A stretch of DNA of 64,000 nucleotides, taken from positions 5,879 to 69,878 of the forward strand of contig CAWKIX010000048.1 of assembly GCA_963849775.1 (NCBI GenBank), read 5' to 3'. The notes beneath the pieces are model-generated. The model made no database searches. It saw only the letters and a program-made list of their open reading frames with translations, and was not told where the DNA came from. The stretch comes from an uncultured Prolixibacteraceae bacterium (lineage in GTDB: Bacteria > Bacteroidota > Bacteroidia > Bacteroidales > Prolixibacteraceae). Position 1 is the stretch's first letter. Every line of letters begins with the position of its first letter. The translations under genes were made by a program, and so were the position numbers. This document shows positions 11,001 to 22,197 of this stretch, one piece after another.

Positions 11001-11313
11001 AAAAGTTTTAAAGTCCGACATCACCAGGTTATTGTCTCCGTGGGCTTTCGACCAGTCGTTGAGTATCGATTTTGGCGTTTCGCTTTACAAAAGTGTGCTA
11101 ATTAATTATGTCGAAAACCTTGAATACGTCGATTATATGGAGAATGTAAAACTATTCAGGAGACTTGCCGGAGCAAACGATTTCACCGAGGAAAAAATCG
11201 CTGTTCCTTCCAGTCCCCTTTCCATTCTGGTATCGGCAAAGGATCACAATGTGGAAACCAACATAAATGAATGTAAAACAAATACTGAAGTTCCAGAAAC
11301 ATGTCAGAAATAG
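8028..11313 (+). CDS. Large baseplate J-like protein (Afp11/12 type); probable 1-nt insertion near 8060 splits the N-terminus
   Basis: PHLALY, RHLDFYY, FGG..ESDDAYYRRVSERLRHKNRAITIWDYE; upstream ATG 8028 (MANCGKDILIS) joins the frame REGTKQQQRYIDALKPDSVKLNDF if one base is removed. Confidence 0.88.
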
Positions 11314-14007
11314 ACAAATACAAAAGTATTCCGAAGAAGGTAGCAACTGAAAGCGATTTAGATTATTCGTTTTTAAGAAAGGCAGGTTTGGAATATATCG
11401 AACAGATTTCAGGTAATTTCTGGACAGATTACAATGAGCATGATCCGGGAATTACGATTCTTGAAATGTTGTGCTATGCCATCACGGACTTGGGTTCGCG
11501 CATCGAAATGCCGATCGAAAATCTGCTAAGTCCCGAAGACGGAACAGCACAAACTATTGAAGAACAGTTTTTTAAAGCCTCAGATATTTTAACATCAAAA
11601 CCGGTTAACGATGCTGATTACAGGAAATTGTTTATCGATATTGAAGGCGTTAAAAATTGCTGGCTCAAAAAATATAATAAAAAGGTTTATGTAGATTGTA
11701 AACACGATAAACTTTCATATCAATTCGGATGATTTTGCAACTGTAAATGATAATCTGAAACGTAATTTCGAATTGCAGGGTTTGTATACCATTATTGTTG
11801 ATTGCGATGATGAGGATATTTCGGATGCCGATTTCAACCAGCTAAAAAAGACAATTACAAAACGGTATCATGCCAACCGGAATCTTTGCGAAGATTTGGC
11901 AGATATTTCAAAAGTGGAAACCCATCCAATTTCGGTTTGTGCAAGTATTGATGTAGAGCCGTTTGCCGATGAGGAGCTAATTCACGCAAAAATTATTCGC
12001 GCCATCGATAATTATTTTTCGCCAAACATTCAGTTTTATTCGCTGAAACAGATGTTTGAAAAAGGCTACACATCCGATGAAATTTTTGAAGGTCCGGTTT
12101 TGGAAAATGGCTTTATCGATCCGGCTGAACTTGAAGCAACTACTTTAAGAACTGAAGTCAGGCTTTCTGATATTATGCACATTATAATGGAAATCGAAGG
12201 CGTGAAATTTATTAAAGATATTTCCATTACCGATTGTAAAAATCCGGACGATGATGCCGACGAATGGCTGATTTGTATTGAAGAAGGAAAAAAGCCGGTT
12301 CGTTGTGAAGACAGTGCATACAGTTTTTATAAAGGTGTTCTTCCATTAAATATCAACAAGAAAAAAGTTCAAAAGTACCTTGATGAAATGGAGGCAGCCG
12401 AAAAGGAAGAGCAAAAACTTGCCAAAATTGAAAATGAAATTAAAGTTCCCGCCGGTACTTATTTAAATACGAACGAAACAACAACAATTCAAAACGATTT
12501 TCCTGATACGTATGGGATTACAAAGATTGGTATTGTATCTAAAGAAACCACAGCTCGAAAATCGCAAGCCAAACAACTAAAAGCGTATTTGCTGTTTTTC
12601 GACCAGGTTTTGGCCACTTATTTTGCGCACCTGGGAAAGGTTAAAGACTTGCTTTCGGTGGATAATCAACTGAAAAAGACATACTTTACACAAGTTGTGG
12701 AAGATATCCGGGGAATCAATGAAATCTTTCCTGATTATTCAAATAAAACAGCGGAAGAATTAACCAAAAAACTGTTGGCCGGATTGGATGAAAATGTAAC
12801 AAGAAAGAATATTTTACTCGATCACTTAATTGCCCGGTTTGCGGAACGGTTCAATGATTATGCTTTCCTGATGAAAGAATTGTATGGCGAATACGCAAAT
12901 AAGGCAATTCTACTTTCAAAGGAAAAATTTCTGAAAGATTACAATATCACCAGCAGCCAACGTGGACTCGCGTTTAATTATTTCAGGCAACCGGCTTCCA
13001 ATCTTTGGAATGCTGATAATATTGCAGGCGTACAAAAACGGATAGCACGGCTTGCAGGAATGAAGAATTTTAAACGCCGGAATTTATCGGAATCGTTTGT
13101 TGAAATTTACGATTTGATTGACTCCGACGGTAACAAAGTTTATCGCTGGAGAATTCGGGATATTGAGAATAACATTATTTTATCGGCAACGGTCGATTAT
13201 CCCACTCCAAATTACGCGGAAAACGAACTTTACCTTGTTATTCTTAAAATTATCGAAACCTCGCTGGAAGAAATCGATTTGGCTTTTGAATCGGCGATTA
13301 TTGATAATATGGAAATTGGTAATTTCTATGTTCGAATTTCAGATACGGGAAAATATTCGTTTGATATTCTAAACAGAGAAGAACCGGATTACAGCACCGA
13401 TTATATTATTGCACGGCAATACTTGTTTTTCACAACACAGGAAGCATTTAAGAAATCAATGGTGGATATGATTGATTTTTTCATCGAAGTTTTTACCGAA
13501 GAAGGCATGTTTCTGGTTGAGCATATTTTACTCCGGCCCAATATCACACAAAACAATGTACCGCTGGATCAGTTTATGCCCATTTGTACTGAAAATTGCG
13601 AAAGCTGCGAATCGGTCGACCCTTATTCGTACAGGATTACTGTTGTCCTTCCCGGTTGGACTTATCGTTTTTCCAATCCCGATTTCAGAGATTTTATGGA
13701 AGAGTTGATTCGAAAAGAAATCCCGGCGCATATTCTCGCACGAATTTGTTGGATTGGGTACCGTAAAAACGATGTGGAGGATGAAGAAAATCAAATGCTC
13801 ATTTTCGAGAAAGCCTACAAACAGTTTCTGCTTTCAAAAACAAATTTGGGGCAGGGGCAAAACGAACCCAAACTTAAAGACCTTATAAAAATACTAACTG
13901 AATTAAATTCAATTTATCCTGAAGGTAGATTGATTGATTGCGATGATGATGAAGATGTGTTGGAAGGCAGAATAATATTGGGACGTACCAACATTGGAAA
14001 CATTTAA
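11301..14007 (+). CDS. Second large baseplate protein (Afp11/12 type), split by a frameshift near 11720
   Basis: WTDYNEHDPGITILEMLCYAITDL, DYRKLFID, HANRNLCED, QLKAYLLFFDQ, EGMFLVEHILLRP, DPYSYR, EIPAHI; ORFs 11301-11732 and 11773-14007 are halves of one gene. Confidence 0.87.
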
Positions 14008-14018
14008 CCAAAAAAGCT

Positions 14019-17000
14019 ATGGCAACAAAATTAACTGAAATTACTACCAAGTATCATACGTTTGTCGATAACCAGGTGTTGACAAAAGACCAGCTTAACG
14101 AATTTATAAATTACTTCGAAGACCAGGATCGAATGTCGCGGGTATTTCTTACCGGTGTTGGCATTGTTTGCGGCTTTCAGTTGAGTTTTAACAATTCAGA
14201 TAGTTCGATAACCATTTCGCAGGGAACAGGGATAACTACCGACGGAGATTTAATAAAACTGCGATCTGATATTCCTGAATCATCGCTTAAATCAATCGAT
14301 TTATCACAGAAAAAATATACTCATTTTAAAAAGTTTGAAGACAATAAAGCCAATTACAGTTTTTTCAGAAAGAAAGTAATTGAAGACGGAAATGAAAAAC
14401 TTGTTCCGTTTGATCTTTGGGAAATTCTGCCACAAAAAACGGATGACGAACAGGAGCTTGGTACATTAGCCGGTCTGCAGGATATGGTTGTTTTGCTGTA
14501 CCTGGAATCGTATGCAAAAGAAGGCGATTTGTGTACCGCCATCGACTGCGATAACCAGGGAATTGAACAGGTTGCCAGGCTTCGGCTTTTGTTGGTTTCA
14601 AAAGCTGATGCAGCTTATATTGCCGGACTCGATTCAATTTATTCGGGTTACAATTATGCCGATGATGTTTTGGCTCTTCCTGAAATTGCTGTGGCACGCC
14701 CGGTGTTGAATACGACAAATTCTGCAAGCTATGCCGAATTAAAAAAATTGTATTACAGTGCAATTTTTAGCAATAGTTTTGTTTCGCAGCTTTCTACCGG
14801 AATTACAAAACTGGTTGAATCTTTTGGCGAATTTCTGAACCTGAATATTTCAGCTTCAAATTTAACTTCTTATAAAAATAAACTAACCCAAATATTAAAT
14901 TTTTCGGCTTACAACGTTCCATTCGATATTCAATACCGCTACGATTTCGTAAAGGATGTTGTTGATACATTCGACGAAATTAAGTCGCTGTTATTAGAGT
15001 TGAGAACCATTTGTAATCCCAATATCAATGCATTTCCAAAGCATTTAATGCTGGGTTGCATAAATGAAATTCAAAACGATTTAAAACACTACAGACACAA
15101 GTTTTATAAATCCCCTGCATTGGATTGTGGTGCAGAAACCATTGAAAAATGCAGGAGCCTTACTTTCCGCCTTTTTGACCTGATTACCGGATTTCAAACT
15201 TCGGTTGGTGAAACTAAAATTACACCATCGAACAAACTGCCAGAACTTACCTATCGCTCCATTCCATTTTATTATGATGTAAAAGAAAGCATTCTAAGGA
15301 ACTGGGATAGTTCAAAAACGAGGAGCTACCGTTACAATTACCATTTGTGTTACCATACTTCCTTGCTGGCGCCTGCATTGAAAGTTCAACAGCCACTAAA
15401 ATTTAACATTGATACTTTTGACTTTTACAGAATTGAAGGCCATCAAGGGAAAGATTATCAAAAAGTTTTGGAGGAAATTGATGCCCTCAAAACTGCCAAC
15501 GGATTGGCCTTCGATGTAAAAGCACTTTCGGTAAATATTAACACTTCGAATTTGAATATTGATGATTACGAATGTGAGTTTGAAGATTTGCAGGTGCTTC
15601 TGAAAGCGTGGACTGCAGAGCAAAATTGCATTTTAGCAGAAGTGGCTGACTTTTTCTCCAGTTTCAGTACTGCAGTTCCCGGAACAAACAAACGGGAGCA
15701 GGAGCTGGAAATTAAACGTGGTCAGTTGCATTTATTAACCGATTCGGCGGACAGTTCAAGAGGGATTTCAATAAATACCAATGTTGATGCAGCTGAAAAA
15801 GTAGTTGCAAAAGAAGCCAGCAAACCAGCTTATAAGGTAATAAATGTGGTTGCCGATAATATGAACACGAGCGAAGATGCGCTCGGTTTCGAAATGAAAA
15901 AAGCCATTGAAGCGAACAAAGGTGGCTCGGTGAATGATATTATTGCTACAGCAAGGAAAAACCTGGAACTGAAAGTAAATACCGAAGAGTGGAATAAGGA
16001 GCCGGAACTAAAGGCTTTTGTCGTCGATAAATCGGTAGAATTAATGGCGTACACACATGTGCTTACACAACGGATGCCGGATTCTCTGGTTGTAGTTGAT
16101 TCAGTGCGTGTAAGAGATTATAAATTATCGCTTAGCGATTTGTGTGCTTTAGTTAAAAAACTCAAGGCAAGTTATAATTCAACAAATTTAGCTGATGGAT
16201 TAAAGGCTTTTATCGGGCTTCTTATCAACCAGCTTTCTACCGTTTGTTGCTCAGGTAAAAAGCTTGAAACGCTGCTGGAAGAAATAAATAGCAGGAAAGA
16301 AAGTATTTTAATTCGTTTGCAACTTTCAAAATTTGTTGAAAAGCATCCGGGTTTGGAACACAAAGCCGGAGTTGAGCCGGGAGGTACTTTCGTGTTGGTG
16401 TATCTGAATAAATCGAGAGACGATGTGGCAGTGGCAGTTGCCGATTTTGCTCTGGATGAACGTCTGGCATTTTTGAATGAAAGTAAATCGGCATCCGACC
16501 TGGAAAAAAGGTTTTTGGAAATAATAGGAAGAAATAAAGAATCAGCTCTTGCAAAAGAAGTTGTGGAAAAACCAGGTGAGAAACTAGTAAGAGAAGCTGC
16601 TTCGGCAATTTCAGCACAAACTACTGATATTCCAAACAACACGGTAGTAGCCGACTTTAGTTTGCCGTACATGTGTTGTTCCGATTGTGCATCTATTAAT
16701 TTCATTGTACAAAAAACACCGGTTTCGCTTCGTTTGGAAAAAGATGAATTTTGCCTTGGTAACGATTCAAGTCCGCTATTATTTGATGTTTCACCAGCTG
16801 ACGGTGTAATTAAAGCCGATGCCGAAATTGATGGATTAACCATTGATGGAGTGAAGTTAAGCCTCGAACCCGAATCCTTCCCGAATGAAATGCTCGGTAA
16901 GCCAATTCATTTTACGGTAAATGACCAAATTACGAATTGTCAGCTGATAGTTTACCGCGGTGTTCAATTTGATTTTTCTGTTCCGGAATCCCCGACTTCG

Positions 17001-18710
17001 CAAACGTCGTTCTTGTTTCAACCAACCGGTGATCTGAAAGGGGCTTCATTCCTGTGGAGTTTTGGTGATGATAACATGTCAACAGAAATGAATCCGAGAC
17101 ATGATTATATTATGCCGGTTAATGAAGAAAACAAAGTAACAGTGTCGTTAACGGTAACGGCTGCAAACGGAATTTGTCATTCAACGATTGAACACGATAT
17201 TGAATTTAAAGTAGAAGAAACCAGAATAAAACTTGATAAAAAAGAATTCTGTGAGAATGATAAAGAAAATTACCCGTTTGTTGTCACACCACAAGGTGCA
17301 GAAGTAAAAGTTGAAGGAAAGGGAGTGGTGAGTACAGCAAACGGTTTTTCTTTTTCACCATCCACAGCCGGTGCCGGTGAGGTTGAATTTTTGTTGAATG
17401 GAAAACCTTCCGGTGTTATTGCAAGTGTTCATCCTGCTCCGCTTGCCAAGTTTATAGGAAAGCAGGTTGATAAGCAACTTATTCTCACAAATACTTCGGT
17501 TAACGCAACTTCATTTGTCTGGCTCATAAATGAAAAAGAAGAAAAGCGTGATGACATGGAGCCCTTTGTAATCGAGTTAAAAGCAGATTCGCCGGGTGTA
17601 TGGTCAGTTCAGTTGACCGCAATTGGAAATGAAGTTTGCGGCAGCAACACGAGCGCTGTTCAAACTTTTGAAACGGAGATTGAAAAACCACAGATTTCGC
17701 TCGACAAAAAAGAGTTCTGCGGAAGTGACAAAGAAACTTATTCGTTCACAATAACGCCCTCTGGTGCTGATGTTAAGATTGAGGGACCGGGAGTGAGCAA
17801 AACCGAAAGTGGATTTGTATTTACACCGTCAGCTGCTACACCGGGGCAAATTTCGTTTGTGCTCAACGGTGAAGTGTCAGGATTGGTTGTATCTGTTACT
17901 CCTGCGCCAATAGCAAAATTCACAGGTGAGCAAATTGGAAATCAACTGATTTTGACCAATTCTTCAGTTAATGCTACCACTTTTAGCTGGACAATAAATG
18001 AAGATAAACAGGAAACAACAGGTAACGCGCCTGTAATTATTAATCTTGGTCCGAATTTGCCAAGCGTATGGAAGGTGGTTTTGGAAGCCAGGGGTGCAGA
18101 AATATGCGGTTCAACCAAATCAAAACCGCTAACGTTTGAAACACAGTTTAACGATTCAACGGAACCGGTTGACAACTGTATAGATGAAACAAAAGCTGCC
18201 ATTGCTTTGGATTTCAGGACGCTGTCAAACCTTAATTTGGAATCGGATATTGTAAGCCCGATTTGGCAGGCAACTTCTGGTTTATACGGTGGAAGTCAAT
18301 CGTTTCCGAACGGAGTTATAAACGATATTGACAATTTCCTTACCGGTAGAAAAAACAGTGAACTCAATTCATTTTTGAAAATATTATTGCAAACTTCAAG
18401 TTTAATCAGGGAAATCAGCCCCAACGAAAACAAGAAGGAATTTACCCGTTTGGTTGAATTATTCGCACTTCAATTGAAGCTGTTTTATAACGTGCTGGCA
18501 TGTCAAAGCCCCGTTACAATTAAAGCTTCGGGAGATGTTATTCAACGGATTTTAGATCAAATCATCCAGATTCTGCAAATCTTCAAAGAAATAGGAGTTG
18601 TTCTGCCCGATAGTTTGAAGGCATTTATGAAAACTTTCGCTGCAAAAATTTCGGATGTTCCAATTTTAGTTGATCATGTTAAAAAAATAACAGATGAAAA
18701 ATTGATTTAA
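14019..18710 (+). CDS. eCIS tail fibre/baseplate-associated protein with Ig/PKD-like repeats
   Basis: N-terminal FVDNQVLT..QLN..Y..QDR..R..L.GVGIVCG and GITTDGD; HPGLEHKAGV.PGGTFVLVY; VVADFSLPYMCCS; PKD-like WSFGDD; ~156-aa tandem modules. Confidence 0.78.
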   Translation: MATKLTEITTKYHTFVDNQVLTKDQLNEFINYFEDQDRMSRVFLTGVGIVCGFQLSFNNSDSSITISQGTGITTDGDLIKLRSDIPESSLKSIDLSQKKYTHFKKFEDNKANYSFFRKKVIEDGNEKLVPFDLWEILPQKTDDEQELGTLAGLQDMVVLLYLESYAKEGDLCTAIDCDNQGIEQVARLRLLLVSKADAAYIAGLDSIYSGYNYADDVLALPEIAVARPVLNTTNSASYAELKKLYYSAIFSNSFVSQLSTGITKLVESFGEFLNLNISASNLTSYKNKLTQILNFSAYNVPFDIQYRYDFVKDVVDTFDEIKSLLLELRTICNPNINAFPKHLMLGCINEIQNDLKHYRHKFYKSPALDCGAETIEKCRSLTFRLFDLITGFQTSVGETKITPSNKLPELTYRSIPFYYDVKESILRNWDSSKTRSYRYNYHLCYHTSLLAPALKVQQPLKFNIDTFDFYRIEGHQGKDYQKVLEEIDALKTANGLAFDVKALSVNINTSNLNIDDYECEFEDLQVLLKAWTAEQNCILAEVADFFSSFSTAVPGTNKREQELEIKRGQLHLLTDSADSSRGISINTNVDAAEKVVAKEASKPAYKVINVVADNMNTSEDALGFEMKKAIEANKGGSVNDIIATARKNLELKVNTEEWNKEPELKAFVVDKSVELMAYTHVLTQRMPDSLVVVDSVRVRDYKLSLSDLCALVKKLKASYNSTNLADGLKAFIGLLINQLSTVCCSGKKLETLLEEINSRKESILIRLQLSKFVEKHPGLEHKAGVEPGGTFVLVYLNKSRDDVAVAVADFALDERLAFLNESKSASDLEKRFLEIIGRNKESALAKEVVEKPGEKLVREAASAISAQTTDIPNNTVVADFSLPYMCCSDCASINFIVQKTPVSLRLEKDEFCLGNDSSPLLFDVSPADGVIKADAEIDGLTIDGVKLSLEPESFPNEMLGKPIHFTVNDQITNCQLIVYRGVQFDFSVPESPTSQTSFLFQPTGDLKGASFLWSFGDDNMSTEMNPRHDYIMPVNEENKVTVSLTVTAANGICHSTIEHDIEFKVEETRIKLDKKEFCENDKENYPFVVTPQGAEVKVEGKGVVSTANGFSFSPSTAGAGEVEFLLNGKPSGVIASVHPAPLAKFIGKQVDKQLILTNTSVNATSFVWLINEKEEKRDDMEPFVIELKADSPGVWSVQLTAIGNEVCGSNTSAVQTFETEIEKPQISLDKKEFCGSDKETYSFTITPSGADVKIEGPGVSKTESGFVFTPSAATPGQISFVLNGEVSGLVVSVTPAPIAKFTGEQIGNQLILTNSSVNATTFSWTINEDKQETTGNAPVIINLGPNLPSVWKVVLEARGAEICGSTKSKPLTFETQFNDSTEPVDNCIDETKAAIALDFRTLSNLNLESDIVSPIWQATSGLYGGSQSFPNGVINDIDNFLTGRKNSELNSFLKILLQTSSLIREISPNENKKEFTRLVELFALQLKLFYNVLACQSPVTIKASGDVIQRILDQIIQILQIFKEIGVVLPDSLKAFMKTFAAKISDVPILVDHVKKITDEKLI
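16720..18150 (+). repeat. Three tandem ~156-aa Ig/PKD-like modules in the fibre gene
   Basis: LEKDEFC (~16735), LDKKEFC (17232) and LDKKEFC (17700); copies 2 and 3 are 468 nt apart and share PAP.AKF.G.Q...QLILTN.SVNAT.F.W.INE. Confidence 0.8.
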
Positions 18711-20234
18711 TGGTAGAGCAATCAAAACATATCATTGAAAAGGTATTTATTAATGTCTGCACCAAAAATGCCGAAGAAGGATATTTTATTAAAAACAATA
18801 TCAGTGCGTTTTTAAAGAATGAAATTTTTCCTCAAATTGAAAAACTGCTGGACAATTACAATACTGATTGTGAAATCCTGAGATTCGATGATTTTAGTAT
18901 CGACTTTCGTGTTGATAAATGGCGAAACATCGAAAAAATAAAATCCGGAATAAAAGTAAATTTCAAGAAAAGATTTGAAGAAGAGTTGAAAAATTTTAAA
19001 TCAGAATCGGTAAAAAAATCTACTCCTGATACGACTGGTAAAAGATTATCAATCGAGGATAGCATTGAGGCTACTTTTTTCCATTTTGTTGAAAAAGGAT
19101 TTTTGCCCTGGTTCGGAAAAGAGGAGTATTTAAGCGAAATTTCAAACCCTAAAAAGTGGAATGAAAATGATTGTAAAGAAAAGGTTCGTTGAAAAGTTAT
19201 CAAAAATTTTATCACTTAACGAAGAATCGATTAATCGGTTTTTACGTCAGTTCTCAGATGAAATATCAATAGCTTTTTTGGATGAAATAAATCCGTCTGT
19301 ACGAAAATTTAAGAGTGAAACTGTAAGCCTGTTAAAATTATTTTCGGTTCAGGAAAAATTTTACTTCTTAAAATATCTAACCGAAATTTCGTTAAAAATT
19401 GAACAGAATCCGGGCGAAAAAATACTGCTTGTTTTTATTGAGCAGCTCTTCGCTTCACGAGTAAATAAATCAGTTTCCACGGTCAATAAAGTTATGGGGC
19501 TTCTTCAGCAATATTTCGAAAAGTTGCAACCGGACAGTATTTTGTTAACCGAGACGATTGCAAAGGTAATTGAAAGTAAAAATGACATTCGTGTTTCTAA
19601 AAATCTAATAAATCGCGATCTGTTTGAAACGATTAAAAAAGGTTCTGGAAGTTTAACTCATAAGGAAAAATTAGCCGAAAAAGTAGTGCAATTAAAGGAT
19701 CAAATTGCGAACGATAAGTTTTTAGAGCCGGGTACAAATGAAGTTTTAGTTAGTAACGCCGGATTAATTCTGTTGCATCCGTTTTTAAAGTACTTTTTTA
19801 TTGAACTGGGTATTGTTGATGAAAATGGACAGTTTTTTGAAAACAAAAAAAATATTGCTGTTCAGGCGCTTCATTATTTGGCAACAGCCAGCGAAAATGT
19901 GTATGAAAGCAGCCTCGTATTTGAAAAATTTATATGCGCGGTACCGTTAAAAAATTCGCTTCCAAAAAAAAGCATCTTAACCAAAAAAATAAAGGAAGAA
20001 TCGGAAAATTTGTTAACGGCAACAATTAAAAACTGGCCGGAACTTAAAAGCACTTCAGCTGATGGTTTACGTGAACTTTTTATTCAGCGAAAAGGAAAAC
20101 TTGTCATAAATAAAGGCAGGTACAAATTAATTGTAGAACGTAAACCACAGGATATTTTACTCGAAAAACTGAATTGGAATATTTCAGTAATAAAGTTTCC
20201 TTGGAAGAAGGATTTGTTAATGGTAGATTGGTAA
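18710..20234 (+). CDS. Contractile injection system tape measure protein (Afp14-like), split by a frameshift near 19165
   Basis: N-terminal HIIEKV and FFHFVEKGFLPW; C-terminal NAGLILLHPFL, W..L..TS.DGLRELFIQRKGKL, DILLEKLNWNISVIKFPW. Confidence 0.85.
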
Positions 20235-20239
20235 ATGTT

Positions 20240-22180
20240 ATGAATAAGTTTGCTAGAAGAATAAGAAGTAAAAACAGAAGACGTTCATCGATTTTTGGAC
20301 ATGAAAATAACTCCGGTTTTTTTGATGTACAAACAAAACTGGATGTCGGTTCACCAAATGATCGCTTTGAGAAAGAAGCGGATAATGTTGCTGATAAAGT
20401 AGTTAGTGGTTCTTTCCTCAACCAGAATTTTTTTAATGCCAATAAAAATAGTGTCTCTGATGGTTTTCCCGGTGGCGGTGTGTCGGAAAAGCCTTTGGTA
20501 GAAGGAATAACTCCTTTAGGTCAACAACAAGCCGAAGAGGAAGAAGAGTTGGCGCAGGGAATTGCAATACAAAAGCAAGAAGAAGAGGAAGAAGAGCCTC
20601 TTCAGGCAAAAACGGGGCAACCTAAAGAGGAGGAAGAAGAACTTCAGGCTAAAGCAGGCCAACCAAAGGAAGAGGAGGAAGAGATACCGGTGAGCGGAGC
20701 CTCAAAAGAGCGTGATAAGGAAGAGGAAGAAACTGCTCAAATGGGTGCTATTCAAAAACAGGAAGAAGAAGAGGAAACGATGCAGGCTAAATCTTTGCAA
20801 CGAAAAGGTTCAGGCGCTCCGGAAGTTAGTAGTTCCATTGAAAACAGGCTGGTAAATGAAAAAGGGAAAGGACAAAAAATGGATCGGCAAACCAGTCGTT
20901 TTATGGAGAACAGCTTTGGCTCTGATTTTAACCATGTAAATATTCACACCGACACAAAAGCTGCCCAAATGAGCAAAGAACTGGGAGCTCAGGCTTTTAC
21001 ACACGGAAATGATATCTATTTTAATAAGGGGCGCTATAATCCCACGTCAAAAGATGGGAAGCATTTGTTGGCGCATGAATTAACACATACCATTCAGCAA
21101 ACCGGAAAAATTGCCAAACAGCTTCAATTTACAATTGGCGATGGAAACGATTTGGAATCGGATCGTTTTATGAATGAAGTGATTTTGGAAGCTTGTTTTG
21201 ATGGTGAACGTACTTTGGGTTTTGGCGCCAGCGGCGGGGCCGTTACAAAAATTCAGCAGGCTTTGGTTGATGCCGGATTTCCGCTCCCGCAATTTGGAGT
21301 CGATGGAATTTTTGGAAGCGAAACAAGAGGCGCGTTAATCGATTTTCAACGCTCTTCATCATTAACTGAATCAGGTGTTGTCGACAGCTCAACCATGTCG
21401 TCACTTGATGCCCTTTATTCTTACGGGCAACCCAGTTTGCCAACAGGGCCTCCTGCCACGGTAGCTCCTTCGATAACGCCTGAAGTAATAAAACTTGCAC
21501 CGGCAAATACGAGTTTAACGCGAACTACGGTTGGAGTTGGAGAATTCGTTCGGTTTAGTGCAAATACTTCCGGAACATGGACAGCATCTGAAGGCAGAAT
21601 TGTTGGTTTGAACAGTGGTCAGAATGTTGTTTGGGAAGCTCCTGCAGTTGCGTCATCGCCGCAAATTACACTTACCACGCCTTCGGGAGCAGCATCAGTT
21701 ACAATGACCGTGATTGCGCCGACATCCCTTGCTATGACCGTTGACAGCCGTGAACCAATTGCAACCGGAACAGCCGGAGCATGTATGATTACGGATGTAA
21801 CAGTGCATCCGTTAAACGTAAGTTTTGGAAGAACTCAGTGGTTGGAAGTTCCGGGACCGGCATCCAATGTAACAGGATATTATACACAGTTTCCGGCTTC
21901 TGAACTTGATCATCATCCAAATCCCAACTATTTACCGTTTAATGACGATAATTCGGGGCTTACTGATCATGCAGCAACACACACCGAACCATCTCCTTTT
22001 TCCAGAGGAACATTTCAGTGGGTAATTCCAAACCGGTACAAAATTGATGGTGAGTCGGATGCGCAAGGACGGTTTTTTACCAATACTACGCAGTATTTCT
22101 ATATTACGGCAACGGGTACTGTAGCCGTTGTTAAAGCGGGTGCTTTTACTATTCGAACCGTAAATAACATTGTTTTTTAA
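20240..22180 (+). CDS. DUF4157 (eCIS core domain) cargo protein 1 with PG-binding domain and unknown C-terminal domain
   Basis: QTKLDVGSPNDRFEKEAD, Glu-rich repeats, FGSDFNHVNIHTD..AQAFTHGNDIYF..HLLAHELTHTIQQ, then VTKIQQAL..GVDGIFGSET..FQ; ATG 20240 after the tape-measure stop preferred. Confidence 0.88.
   Translation: MNKFARRIRSKNRRRSSIFGHENNSGFFDVQTKLDVGSPNDRFEKEADNVADKVVSGSFLNQNFFNANKNSVSDGFPGGGVSEKPLVEGITPLGQQQAEEEEELAQGIAIQKQEEEEEEPLQAKTGQPKEEEEELQAKAGQPKEEEEEIPVSGASKERDKEEEETAQMGAIQKQEEEEETMQAKSLQRKGSGAPEVSSSIENRLVNEKGKGQKMDRQTSRFMENSFGSDFNHVNIHTDTKAAQMSKELGAQAFTHGNDIYFNKGRYNPTSKDGKHLLAHELTHTIQQTGKIAKQLQFTIGDGNDLESDRFMNEVILEACFDGERTLGFGASGGAVTKIQQALVDAGFPLPQFGVDGIFGSETRGALIDFQRSSSLTESGVVDSSTMSSLDALYSYGQPSLPTGPPATVAPSITPEVIKLAPANTSLTRTTVGVGEFVRFSANTSGTWTASEGRIVGLNSGQNVVWEAPAVASSPQITLTTPSGAASVTMTVIAPTSLAMTVDSREPIATGTAGACMITDVTVHPLNVSFGRTQWLEVPGPASNVTGYYTQFPASELDHHPNPNYLPFNDDNSGLTDHAATHTEPSPFSRGTFQWVIPNRYKIDGESDAQGRFFTNTTQYFYITATGTVAVVKAGAFTIRTVNNIVF
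20520..20800 (+). repeat. Degenerate Glu-rich tandem repeats (QEEEEEE..QAK / QAK.GQPKEEEEE)
   Basis: About six GAA/GAG-rich units, including two near-identical QAK(T/A)GQPKEEEEE units and two AQ.xAIQKQEEEEE units. Confidence 0.75.
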
Positions 22181-22197
22181 TTAATTCTTATAATGAT

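Noticed and set aside
16172-16843. 223-aa antisense ORF and the other short overlapping ORFs in the track
   Set aside because: They lie on the opposite strand or in alternate frames of well-supported genes and show no motifs, consistent with codon-bias shadows.
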